From positions 1-41,258 of the forward strand of contig PFPK01000029.1 in assembly GCA_002793015.1 (NCBI GenBank): a stretch of 41,258 nucleotides of DNA. Direction: 5' to 3'. A program made the position numbers and the translations under genes. Source of the stretch: Candidatus Magasanikbacteria bacterium CG_4_10_14_0_2_um_filter_37_12. Lineage in GTDB: Bacteria; Patescibacteriota; Patescibacteriia; Magasanikbacterales; UBA922. The number at the start of each line of letters is the position of its first letter. Within the stretch, counting starts at the first letter, position 1. Positions 26,615-34,948 of this stretch are shown here, in pieces. The notes below the pieces were generated by a model. That model saw only the letters and a list, made by a program, of their open reading frames with translations. It did no database searches and was not told where the DNA came from.

Positions 26615-26659
26615 TACTCCTTCAAAAAAAAAATTTATTCATACTTTATTATTATAAAC

Positions 26660-26684
26660 AAACCCCCTCTTGTAAAAGAGGAGG
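26660..26684 (-). terminator. Probable terminator after dnaK
   Basis: On the minus strand: CCTCCTCTT-TTAC-AAGAGGGGG followed by TTTGTTTAT. It lies 14 nt downstream of the dnaK stop. Confidence 0.5.
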
Positions 26685-26697
26685 ATTGTATTATACA

Positions 26698-28650
26698 CTA
26701 TTTTTCTGCTTCCTGCTCTCCTTCATCCACAACCTCCCCTTCCATTGTTTCGTCCTTTTTACCGTCAGAAGATTCTTCTTGGGCGGGCTTTTCTTCACTA
26801 CTAGCCTTAGTAGCTGATTCTTCTTGCTGGTACATCTTCATACCAACAGCTTGTCCAGCTTTGGACAGAGCTTCTGAAGCAATCTTAATTGCTTCGGCAT
26901 CTTCACCATCTTTCAATTCTTTCATTTTTGCCAAAGCATCTTCTACTGCTTTTTTCTCTTCTGGAGTAATATTAATTTTTTTCTCTTCAACATCTTTCAT
27001 CATTTTTTCGGTAGTATAGACCATGGTGTCTGCGGTGTTCTTCAGATCAATCAGCTCTCGTTTCTTCTTATCTTCATCAGCATGAGTCTCGGCATCTTTT
27101 TTCATTTTTTCAATCTCTTCGTCACTTAGCCCAGAACTAGCTTCAATTCTAATACTTTGTTCTTTACCAGTACCTTTATCTTTGGCAGAAACATTGAGAA
27201 TACCATTGGCATCAATATCAAACTTCACTTCAATCTGTGGTACACCTCGTGGGGCTGGTGGCACGCCATCAAGCATAAATCTACCAAGTGATTTGTTGTC
27301 ATTGGCCATTTCACGTTCACCTTGAAGGACATGAATTTCTACGCTAGGCTGACTGTCAGCAGCTGTCGAAAAGACTTGGGTTTTGCTGGTTGGGATAGTA
27401 GTGTTGTGTTCAATCAGTTTGGTAGAGACACCACCAAGAGTTTCAATTCCAAATGATAATGGTGTGACATCAAGTAGTAAGATATCTTTGCCCAGATCAC
27501 CTTGAAGCTGTCCGGCTTGGATAGCGGCTCCCATAGCAACTACTTCATCTGGATTCACACTGACATTGGTTTTCTTGCCAAAAAATTCTTCTACCTTCTT
27601 CTGCACCAGTGGCATGCGAGTCATTCCGCCGACCATGATAATTTCATTGATCGCTGATTTATCAATTCCAGCGTCCTTAAGCGCTTCTCGGACTGGTCCC
27701 ATAGTTTTTTCTACCAAATCCATAACAATGTCTTCTAGCCTGGCACGAGAAAGCTTCATATTCAAATGCTTTGGCCCGTCACTTCCTTGGGTAATAAATG
27801 GCTCATTGATTTCTGTGTCAACCGTACTTGATAATTCAATCTTAGCTTTTTCAGCAGCGTCTTTGACACGTTGTAGTGATAGTGGATCTTTGGACAAATC
27901 AATGCCTTCTTTTTTCTTAAATTCTTCCAAAATCCATTCGATAATTACTTTGTCAAAATCATCACCACCAAGATGAGTGTCACCTTTGGTAGATAATACT
28001 TCGACAGTAGCAGAGTCACTCTCAGCATCATGGCTGATTTCTAGGACTGACACATCGAATGTTCCACCACCCAGGTCGTAAACCACAATTTTCTGTTCGC
28101 CTTTCTTATCAAATCCATAGGCAAATGCTGCAGCAGTAGGCTCGTTGATCACTCGAATGACTGTCACGCCGGCAATGGTACCTGCGTCTTTGGTGGCCTG
28201 TCTTTGAGCGTCATCAAAATAGGCTGGCACAGTGACCACTATTTCCTTGATGTCATCACCAATCTTTTCTTTAGCATCAGAAATCAGTTTCTGCAAAATC
28301 ATGGCACTAATTTCTTGAGGTGTATAATTTTTGTCCCCCATGGTTACTTTCACCTTGTCATCATCTTTGACAACTTTGTAGGGAGCGTGTTCGGCCACCT
28401 GCTTGACCTCTTTGTCCTCAAAACGACGTCCAATCAAGCGCTTGATGGAGTAGAGGGTGTTGCCTGGATTGGTGACAGCTTGACGCTTGGCTAGCTGACC
28501 TACTAGGCGTTCGCCAGTCTTACTGATAGCAACCATTGATGGAGTTGTTCTGTTCCCTTCTTTGTTCTCGAGCACCTTTGGCTGCCCACCTTCGATGATG
28601 GCCATGCATGAGTTAGTTGTACCCAAGTCGATTCCGAGTATTTTTGGCAT
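26698..28650 (-). CDS. dnaK: Molecular chaperone DnaK (Hsp70)
   Basis: 650 aa. [20 protein letters not shown] and other Hsp70 signatures, with an acidic C-terminal tail. Confidence 0.98.
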   Translation of the reverse strand: MPKILGIDLGTTNSCMAIIEGGQPKVLENKEGNRTTPSMVAISKTGERLVGQLAKRQAVTNPGNTLYSIKRLIGRRFEDKEVKQVAEHAPYKVVKDDDKVKVTMGDKNYTPQEISAMILQKLISDAKEKIGDDIKEIVVTVPAYFDDAQRQATKDAGTIAGVTVIRVINEPTAAAFAYGFDKKGEQKIVVYDLGGGTFDVSVLEISHDAESDSATVEVLSTKGDTHLGGDDFDKVIIEWILEEFKKKEGIDLSKDPLSLQRVKDAAEKAKIELSSTVDTEINEPFITQGSDGPKHLNMKLSRARLEDIVMDLVEKTMGPVREALKDAGIDKSAINEIIMVGGMTRMPLVQKKVEEFFGKKTNVSVNPDEVVAMGAAIQAGQLQGDLGKDILLLDVTPLSFGIETLGGVSTKLIEHNTTIPTSKTQVFSTAADSQPSVEIHVLQGEREMANDNKSLGRFMLDGVPPAPRGVPQIEVKFDIDANGILNVSAKDKGTGKEQSIRIEASSGLSDEEIEKMKKDAETHADEDKKKRELIDLKNTADTMVYTTEKMMKDVEEKKINITPEEKKAVEDALAKMKELKDGEDAEAIKIASEALSKAGQAVGMKMYQQEESATKASSEEKPAQEESSDGKKDETMEGEVVDEGEQEAEK

Positions 28651-28701
28651 ATGTGTTTGAATTATGAATAGTGAATTTATTTACTGCTTACTAGTTACTT
28701 T

Positions 28702-29133
28702 TTACTTCTTCTTCTTCACCTCAATTTCAATCTTCTTCCCATCTACTTTCTTCCCAGCCTTCGGGCAGGTAATTTTCAATACCCCACCATCAAACTCCGC
28801 CTTGACCTTTTCCTCATCAACTGCCACAGGTAATGGAACTTGACGAAAAAATGATCCACTGCGAACTTCTTTGCGGTAATAATTTTTTTCTTCTACTTCC
28901 CGCTCTTTATTTGTTTCACCCTGAATAGTTACTAGGCCATTCTCTACACGAACCTCCACATCTTCCGGGCGAACGCCCGCAAGCGTGGTTTCGACGACCA
29001 CAGCGTCTTTGGTCTCGTAGACATCCATGGCTGGAACAAAGCCCTTGGTTGGCATATTCATGCCAGCGAGAGCAGGAAGACGATTCATCATCTCTTCCAT
29101 CTCTTGAAATGGATCCCACATTTTGGGTAACAT
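28702..29133 (-). CDS. Hsp20/alpha-crystallin family small heat-shock protein
   Basis: 143 aa. Alpha-crystallin domain (PAMDVYETKDAVVVETTLAGVRPEDVEVRVENGLVTIQGE...GSFFRQVPLP...A.FDGGVLKI). Confidence 0.9.
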   Translation of the reverse strand: MLPKMWDPFQEMEEMMNRLPALAGMNMPTKGFVPAMDVYETKDAVVVETTLAGVRPEDVEVRVENGLVTIQGETNKEREVEEKNYYRKEVRSGSFFRQVPLPVAVDEEKVKAEFDGGVLKITCPKAGKKVDGKKIEIEVKKKK

Positions 29134-29194
29134 ATGTTTTTTCCTTGGCGAGCCGACGATGTAAAATGTCAGTTCGCAGTTAAAAAAATAATTT

Positions 29195-29764
29195 TTATTT
29201 TGCTACAATAACTTTTGCCACTTGCAAAATCTTATCGCCTTTCTTGTATCCTGCTCCGATCTCTCGCACAATCACACCTTCATCACGATCATCAGACTCC
29301 TCCTCACCCAAACACTCGTGCTTGGTCGGATCAAATACTTGATCAACTGTTTCTATTTCTTCAATACCATGTTGTTTCAAAATATCAGCAAACTGTTTTT
29401 TGATATATTCAATTCCTTTTACCCAGTTTGTCCATGACTTGTCTTCACTATCTGGTATACCACTAAAAGCCTTTTTGAAATTGTCATAGATAGGAATAAA
29501 TTCTTCCAAAATCTGCCACTCGCTCATTGCTGCCCATTGACTACGCTTTTCTGTAGTTTCCTTTATCAAATTAGAATAATCTGCTTGAGCACGAAGCCAT
29601 TTGTCTCTATAATCAACATTTACTTCTACTTCCACCTCTTTGACTACTTCTTTCACAACTTCCTCTGAGTCCGTCGTCTGTGATCCGTCGTCTGTGGTTT
29701 CATCAAAAGAATCAACATCATTTTGTTCATCAAGTTTAGCATCTTTCTTCATATTATTTTGCAC
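29195..29764 (-). CDS. grpE: Nucleotide exchange factor GrpE
   Basis: 189 aa. Acidic N-terminus, coiled coil (WLRAQADYSNL) and C-terminal beta domain (FDPTKHECLG...GYKKGDKILQVAKV). It overlaps hrcA by 11 nt. Confidence 0.92.
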   Translation of the reverse strand: MQNNMKKDAKLDEQNDVDSFDETTDDGSQTTDSEEVVKEVVKEVEVEVNVDYRDKWLRAQADYSNLIKETTEKRSQWAAMSEWQILEEFIPIYDNFKKAFSGIPDSEDKSWTNWVKGIEYIKKQFADILKQHGIEEIETVDQVFDPTKHECLGEEESDDRDEGVIVREIGAGYKKGDKILQVAKVIVAK

Positions 29765-30434
29765 TATTAATATATTTTAATAATCCGACTGCTTTACCAT
29801 AATCCATTCTCACCGGTGCTAAAACTATAAAAATAATATCTCTCACTCTTGTTCCTACCAATCCACAAGAGCTACCAAAGGGATTCTGATTGCCGATCAA
29901 CACTTCAGTTTGACCATCATTAACCAAATCATAAATTTCATCCAGACGATCTTCACAATGATCAAAAATTTTGGAAATACTGACAGTGTACGAAGAGTCT
30001 CGAAACTCTGGCTGAGCAAACAAATAAGATATCCCTGTGTAATAAACCGAACTTGGGTTGAAAGCAACAATAATGGCATTGGTTAGGTGTTCAGCTGCAA
30101 ATTTGGCCAGGCACTTGACTTGCTCACGTTGGTCAGTGCCCTCACTTACAGCATCTTGGACTTTTTGTTGAATTGTTTTATCGATATCAATCTCTGCCAT
30201 GATATGAACCACATAGTATTGAAAACCCTGCTCAGTAGGTGTGCGTCCGGAAGAGGTGTGTGGATGAGTAAGATAACCATCATCTTCCAAAGCCCGCATT
30301 TCGTTCCTTAGTGTCGCCCCGCTGACTTGCAAACTACCTTCCTCCACCAAAAACTGCGACCCTACTGGTTCGGCTGTCTCTATATAATTCTCCACAATCA
30401 GTCGCAAAAGATGTTCTCTTCTTGAATTCAGCAT
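29754..30434 (-). CDS. hrcA: Heat-inducible transcription repressor HrcA, short form
   Basis: 226 aa. The N-terminal winged helix (LLRLIVENYIETAEPVGSQ...SGATLRNEMRALEDDGYLTHPHTSSGRTPTEQG) matches HrcA. It is about 100 aa shorter than B. subtilis HrcA (343 aa). A CIRCE operator lies immediately upstream. Confidence 0.85.
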   Translation of the reverse strand: MLNSRREHLLRLIVENYIETAEPVGSQFLVEEGSLQVSGATLRNEMRALEDDGYLTHPHTSSGRTPTEQGFQYYVVHIMAEIDIDKTIQQKVQDAVSEGTDQREQVKCLAKFAAEHLTNAIIVAFNPSSVYYTGISYLFAQPEFRDSSYTVSISKIFDHCEDRLDEIYDLVNDGQTEVLIGNQNPFGSSCGLVGTRVRDIIFIVLAPVRMDYGKAVGLLKYINSAK

Positions 30435-30435
30435 A

Positions 30436-30462
30436 TTAGCACTCTATTACTGTGAGTGATAA
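30436..30462. promoter_or_regulatory. CIRCE operator (HrcA binding site)
   Basis: TTAGCACTC-TATTACTGT-GAGTGATAA against the consensus TTAGCACTC-N9-GAGTGCTAA: one mismatch. It ends 1 nt from the hrcA start codon. Confidence 0.9.
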
Positions 30463-30488
30463 TACCATACTTTAAAAATGGGTGTCAA
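30459..30488 (-). promoter_or_regulatory. Sigma-70-like promoter of the hrcA operon, overlapping CIRCE
   Basis: Minus strand: TTGACA (30488-30483), 18-nt spacer, TATTAT (30464-30459). The -10 element overlaps the distal CIRCE arm. Confidence 0.6.
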
Positions 30489-30610
30489 CCCTGCACCCTA
30501 ATGTACTGGGTCATAACTTATCCACAGCGAAATTGTCAATCCACCCCCCGATAAATCAAGGCGTTCAGTCCAGTCGGAATGGCAAAATACATCAATTATA
30601 AAAAATTTTA

Positions 30611-30640
30611 AAAACAGCCCCACAACGTAGCTGTTTTAAA
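30611..30640. terminator. Terminator-like hairpin downstream of the SPFH gene
   Basis: AAAACAGC (30611-30618) / GCTGTTTT (30630-30637) with an 11-nt loop, flanked by A and T runs on both sides. Confidence 0.55.
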
Positions 30641-30668
30641 ATAAACCTAAATATCTATAACCTAATCA

Positions 30669-31268
30669 CTATTTCTCCGCAATCTTAGTATACTCCTGCA
30701 CACTAGCTATCTCACTCAAAAGAACATTTTCTACATAAATACCACGAGAATAAAATATTCTCTCAAGCTCGTTTTTGAGCTCAGTCTCAACAGCATCACG
30801 TTTGGCTCCGATAATATCTTGAAAATTAAAACGACTGGCGACCATTCTTATTCTGCTTCTCACTGTTGGGCGAATAATCTTGGCAACAAAGTCTTCCCCA
30901 ATTGTCTGCCAAATGGCTGGAATCTGATGGATGTCCAAACGAAGCAAAATAGTGCCCTCAACGCCAATTCTCTTACTATCTTCTGTCATGGCTGCTGTTG
31001 GGATATCTCCCATGGCTTTTTCATTTTCCGGATTGAAATTGCGTGAAATACTGTACTCTAGTGTCTGAGTGTTGAACAACTTAGCTTTTTGCCAAAATGG
31101 AATCTTGAAATGAAGTCCAGGAGTCAAAACTTTTTTCAATACTCCCCTGCCAAGATCATAGACACAAGCCACATAACCAGGTGGAACATAAATAAAAAAC
31201 CCTTTAAGGACATCTTCCATTACAAATGAATACATCAATTTATCGAGTGATTGTGACATATTTTTCAA
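30669..31268 (-). CDS. SPFH/band 7 (prohibitin-like) domain protein
   Basis: 199 aa. VPPGYVACVYDLGRGVLKKVLTPGLHFKIPFWQKAKLFNTQT and the following region match the SPFH domain pattern. No clear TM anchor. Confidence 0.8.
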   Translation of the reverse strand: MKNMSQSLDKLMYSFVMEDVLKGFFIYVPPGYVACVYDLGRGVLKKVLTPGLHFKIPFWQKAKLFNTQTLEYSISRNFNPENEKAMGDIPTAAMTEDSKRIGVEGTILLRLDIHQIPAIWQTIGEDFVAKIIRPTVRSRIRMVASRFNFQDIIGAKRDAVETELKNELERIFYSRGIYVENVLLSEIASVQEYTKIAEK

Positions 31269-31275
31269 TTAATTA

Positions 31276-31342
31276 GTCGACAGACTACAGTCAACTGATT
31301 ACAAATTATAGAAGACTGTAGCCTGTTGACTCTAGTCTGTAG
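31276..31342. repeat. Imperfect inverted repeats built on CTACAG/CTGTAG, in an intergenic region
   Basis: CAGACTACAGTCAAC (31281-31295) pairs with GTTGACTCTAGTCTG (31325-31339) at 14 of 15 positions. The loop holds a further partial copy (AGACTGTAG). Confidence 0.65.
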
Positions 31343-31403
31343 TTTGATGACTATAACACAAAATGATACATATGTAAACAAATACTCCGATATAATGACT
31401 AAA

Positions 31404-32105
31404 CTAAGCATTTTCTTCATTCTTAAAAAATGGCTTCATCAACCAGTGAACAACTAGAGAAAAAGCCAATGACGTAAGGATGAAAAGTGCCTTGACCATT
31501 GGCAAAACCCACAAAAGAATGAAGACAGAAAAAGGTAACAAAAGGAAATAAAATAAATCTGCTCGCGACAATGATTTTCGATGCCCCTTAAACTCGATAT
31601 AAATTTCGAGCATCAACCATATTCCAACGATGCCCGAAAGAAAAAGACCATGAGGTTCACTGAGATCAAAACCAAAAAACATTGTGTTGATTGTGCCGGG
31701 AAAATCAACAAAAGTATAGAGCGTTTTGATAATTCTCTCTCCAGTAATTCCATTGACAAAGACTTGATACAAGAGTACCAAAACAAGACCTTGGATACCA
31801 AGGTTGAGAGCCTTAGCCCATGGCTTGACCCTACGATGTTTCAATTTACGACGGATCTCCTCTTTCTGGAGAACAGGATCATAATGATAGTCCTTGGCCA
31901 CTCGTTCTATTTCGCCTTCCAAACCATCATTCTTAGATTTATTACGTTCAGTAACGACAGTCAACGGCAAAAGGAGAAGACGCAAACAAATAGTCAGATA
32001 AATAATTGCCCAGCCCATATTACCGTCTGTCCAATTGTTGTACATCCAAATCAAAAAATTGAACAAAGGCTCGTAGAGAAATGTATTCCAAAACAAAATA
32101 ATCAT
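31404..32105 (-). CDS. yidC: YidC/Oxa1-family membrane protein insertase, short form
   Basis: 233 aa. N-terminus LYEPLFNFLIWMY...GWAIIYLTICLRLLLLPLT, with overall topology typical of short YidC/SpoIIIJ-type insertases. Confidence 0.85.
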   Translation of the reverse strand: MIILFWNTFLYEPLFNFLIWMYNNWTDGNMGWAIIYLTICLRLLLLPLTVVTERNKSKNDGLEGEIERVAKDYHYDPVLQKEEIRRKLKHRRVKPWAKALNLGIQGLVLVLLYQVFVNGITGERIIKTLYTFVDFPGTINTMFFGFDLSEPHGLFLSGIVGIWLMLEIYIEFKGHRKSLSRADLFYFLLLPFSVFILLWVLPMVKALFILTSLAFSLVVHWLMKPFFKNEENA

Positions 32106-32170
32106 ATAGCTATAGTCAGAGAGTCAAAAAGAAGAATAGTTGTTCTGAATTAAAAAACGTCTTTATTGTG

Positions 32171-32195
32171 CCATCCTGAACTTATTTCAGGATCT
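32171..32195. repeat. Hairpin repeat (CCATCCTGAA-CTTAT-TTCAGGATCT), related to the pair at 20181-20259
   Basis: Perfect 8-bp stem ATCCTGAA / TTCAGGAT with a 5-nt loop. It shares the ends CATyCTGAA...AGGATCT with the 25-mer at 20181-20205. Confidence 0.7.
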
Positions 32196-32276
32196 ATTAT
32201 ACACCCTTTATCCTAGGTAAACAATATGTCAAATCTAACTCAGATCAACTTAGTAACTTAGCAAAATTAGTTAAAA

Positions 32277-33794
32277 TCAGTTCTTCTCCCACTCCCCTGC
32301 TTTACTTATATATTCATCTTTAATACTTTCAAAAAAAACTCTAGCTTCATCACGATCATTAGCGATCGCACCATCAAGAATGGCATCTTCTATCCGCTTT
32401 TTTATTTTACCCACAGTCGGACCGGCTTTCAACCCAGTTATCTCCATAATCTCTTCTCCCCTTATCGGCGATTGAAAAGATTTCAATTTATCTCTTTCAA
32501 TTACTTCGGCAATACGCTTTTCCAAAACATCATAATTCTTCAATCTCCTAGCTTTCTTATTCTGGTTACCAGTAGTAATATCTGCTCGACACAATACAAG
32601 AAGATCATCCAAATCTTCACCCACATCAATCACCATGCGACGAACAGGGCTGTCCGTCACACCTTTGTCCATAAGTGCGATAGGTTGGAGATGATAACGA
32701 ACAAGCTTGGTAAGATAGTCTGTATCTTTTTTGCTAAATTTCAAACGATGACATATTTCTCTAGTCATTTTTTTTCCCAGATGTTCATGCATATCAAAAG
32801 TCCACCCTCTGTCAGCAGTAAATTTCTTCGTGTCTGGCTTGGCTATATCATGTAGGAGACCAGAAAATCTAAGTAATGGCTTGTTAGAGTTTTCAGCAAT
32901 ATTATCAACCACTGCAAAGGTATGCGACAAATTATCTTTATGACTGTATCCCTTGACCTCCTCCACTCCTGCCAAAGCTGTCATTTCAGGAATGAATTCA
33001 TCAATAAGTTTTGTCTGATAGAGAATAACCAAACCAACCGAAGGCTTGACTGTGGCAAACAACTTCATCAATTCTTCTTGAATCCTCTCTTTAGAGACTA
33101 TACCCAATCTCTTTCTATTGGTATGGATCGCTCTCAATGTATTTTCTTCAATAGCAAAATCCAATTGGGAAGCAAAACGGACGGCTCGAAGCATCCGCAA
33201 GGGATCATCAGAAAATGTTTCATTTGGATTGAGAGGTGTCCTCAAAACTTTATCTACCAAATCTTTTTGGCCACCAAAAGGATCAATTATTTTTTCTAAT
33301 TTGCCATCCTTACTTACTTTTCTAGCCATGGCATTAACAGTAAAATCTCTGCGTAACAAATCATTTTCAATAGATGTAGCCGTGACCAATGGTTTGCGAG
33401 ACTCTTTATCATAAATTTCTGACCTAGCACCAGCAAATTCTATTTCAAACAAAACTCTTTTTTTTATCTTTTCCAAACCTTCCACAATCACTTCTTCCAG
33501 CCCTTGTCCGCCAATTACAATTTTAGTTTTAACAACATCTTCTTCTGGAGCAAAAAAAATAAATCTAGCTGTGTCAAAATCTAGAAATTCCACCAATCGA
33601 CCGTCTTCTTCACTAAAATGAGTAGAAAAATGTCTAGCAAATTCTAGACCATTGTCACCTACTACAAAGTCAATGTCTTTCTTCTTCTCAATCCCCAACA
33701 ATTCATCACGCACATATCCACCAACAACATAGACGTCCGTAGACGTCTCTTCTGAAACCTGATAAATTTTCTGAAAAATTTCTTGTTTATCCAT
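32277..33794 (-). CDS. cca: CCA-adding enzyme / poly(A) polymerase family nucleotidyltransferase with HD domain
   Basis: 505 aa. VYVVGGYVRDELLG...DIDF nucleotidyltransferase head, RRDFTVNAMA motif and a C-terminal HD domain (LLHDIAKP). The head domain carries an insertion. Confidence 0.85.
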   Translation of the reverse strand: MDKQEIFQKIYQVSEETSTDVYVVGGYVRDELLGIEKKKDIDFVVGDNGLEFARHFSTHFSEEDGRLVEFLDFDTARFIFFAPEEDVVKTKIVIGGQGLEEVIVEGLEKIKKRVLFEIEFAGARSEIYDKESRKPLVTATSIENDLLRRDFTVNAMARKVSKDGKLEKIIDPFGGQKDLVDKVLRTPLNPNETFSDDPLRMLRAVRFASQLDFAIEENTLRAIHTNRKRLGIVSKERIQEELMKLFATVKPSVGLVILYQTKLIDEFIPEMTALAGVEEVKGYSHKDNLSHTFAVVDNIAENSNKPLLRFSGLLHDIAKPDTKKFTADRGWTFDMHEHLGKKMTREICHRLKFSKKDTDYLTKLVRYHLQPIALMDKGVTDSPVRRMVIDVGEDLDDLLVLCRADITTGNQNKKARRLKNYDVLEKRIAEVIERDKLKSFQSPIRGEEIMEITGLKAGPTVGKIKKRIEDAILDGAIANDRDEARVFFESIKDEYISKAGEWEKN

Positions 33795-33928
33795 ATATAA
33801 ATCAATTTAAATTGTACACAGATAACTTTTTATTATTTTTGGCCAAGTGAATTGCCTCTAATAAAACGCTGAACGATGTAATTTTAATTGATCTGCCTAT
33901 AACAATCGTTATCCTACCGACAAAATTG

Positions 33929-34945
33929 TCAAAAGTCAACCTGAGCCAAAAAATCCATCATTGCTTTTTTAGCTTTGGTTTTTTTGTGTACTATATCAAA
34001 AATCACCTGAGCAAATGGTAAATCTAATTTATGCCTACGAGCCAATTTCATTAATGACTCCGAAGAAGATATGCCTTCAATAGTCTGCCCAATTCTCTGA
34101 CAAGATTTATCCGTTGAAAAGCCCTTAGCCAGACATTCACCAAATTGCCGATTGCGACTTTCTTTAGCCAAGCCCGTACCAATAAGGTCACCAAGCCCTG
34201 CCAGACCATAGGCAGTCTGGCACTTTCCCCCCATCGCCTGAATCAGATCAGAAATCTCATCCACTGAACGAACGACTAGGGCGGCCTTAGTATTGAGAGC
34301 AATGTCTAGACCATCACATATCCCCATCGCAATCGCATAAACATTTTTAAATGAACCCGCCACCTCTACTCCGATTACATCCGATGTTGGCACTAGATGA
34401 ATATAACTATTCTCCATTACTCTTTTAACTAATTTAATAGCCTTTTTATTTTTGGAAGCTATATTCATAGCGGTATGATGACGATGAACCATTTGCTCTG
34501 CTACTGCTGGACCGGAAATACTAACAATATTTTTCTGCAACTTCTGGCGGACGTATCTAGACATGATCGTAGTGACTGGTTCTAAAGTGTGGGGATGGAT
34601 ACCTTTAGAGACATTAGCCAAAATGGCATCATGTTCAATATTACGGCTAGCAAAGGCAATGGTGTGTTTCATAGTAAAAACAGGTACAACAAAAAACACA
34701 ACTTCTGAACCACAAAGTGCATCGACAATATTTTCTTCAGGAATAATTCGATAAGATAATTTTACACCTGGTAAATATTTTTTATTTTCTTGATATTTTT
34801 TGATCTGTTGCAATGGCAAGACATCCTCATTCCAACTCCACAAATGAACCCTATGGCCATTTTCAGCCAAAACTTGAGCCAAAGCAGTACCCATATTTCC
34901 AGCGCCAAGAACGGTCACTATTTTTTGTTCAGTATTGTGATTCAT
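33929..34945 (-). CDS. gpsA: NAD(P)H-dependent glycerol-3-phosphate dehydrogenase
   Basis: 338 aa. Rossmann motif VLGAGNMGTALAQVLAENGH and GpsA-like blocks (GSFKNVYAIAMGICDGL, GLGDLIGT). Confidence 0.93.
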   Translation of the reverse strand: MNHNTEQKIVTVLGAGNMGTALAQVLAENGHRVHLWSWNEDVLPLQQIKKYQENKKYLPGVKLSYRIIPEENIVDALCGSEVVFFVVPVFTMKHTIAFASRNIEHDAILANVSKGIHPHTLEPVTTIMSRYVRQKLQKNIVSISGPAVAEQMVHRHHTAMNIASKNKKAIKLVKRVMENSYIHLVPTSDVIGVEVAGSFKNVYAIAMGICDGLDIALNTKAALVVRSVDEISDLIQAMGGKCQTAYGLAGLGDLIGTGLAKESRNRQFGECLAKGFSTDKSCQRIGQTIEGISSSESLMKLARRHKLDLPFAQVIFDIVHKKTKAKKAMMDFLAQVDF

Positions 34946-34948
34946 ATA

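Noticed and set aside
28916-29119. 67-aa R/G/C-rich ORF on the same strand as hsp20 but in another frame.
   Set aside because: It is nested within the well-supported Hsp20 coding sequence. Its odd composition is a by-product of the locally GC-richer hsp20 codons.
30518-30526. Perfect DnaA box TTATCCACA, plus a one-mismatch box TTTTCCACA at 20320-20328, considered as possible oriC.
   Set aside because: These are single isolated boxes about 10 kb apart. There is no cluster, no adjacent AT-rich unwinding element, and no dnaA or dnaN nearby. One or two 9-mer hits in 41 kb on two strands is close to chance expectation.
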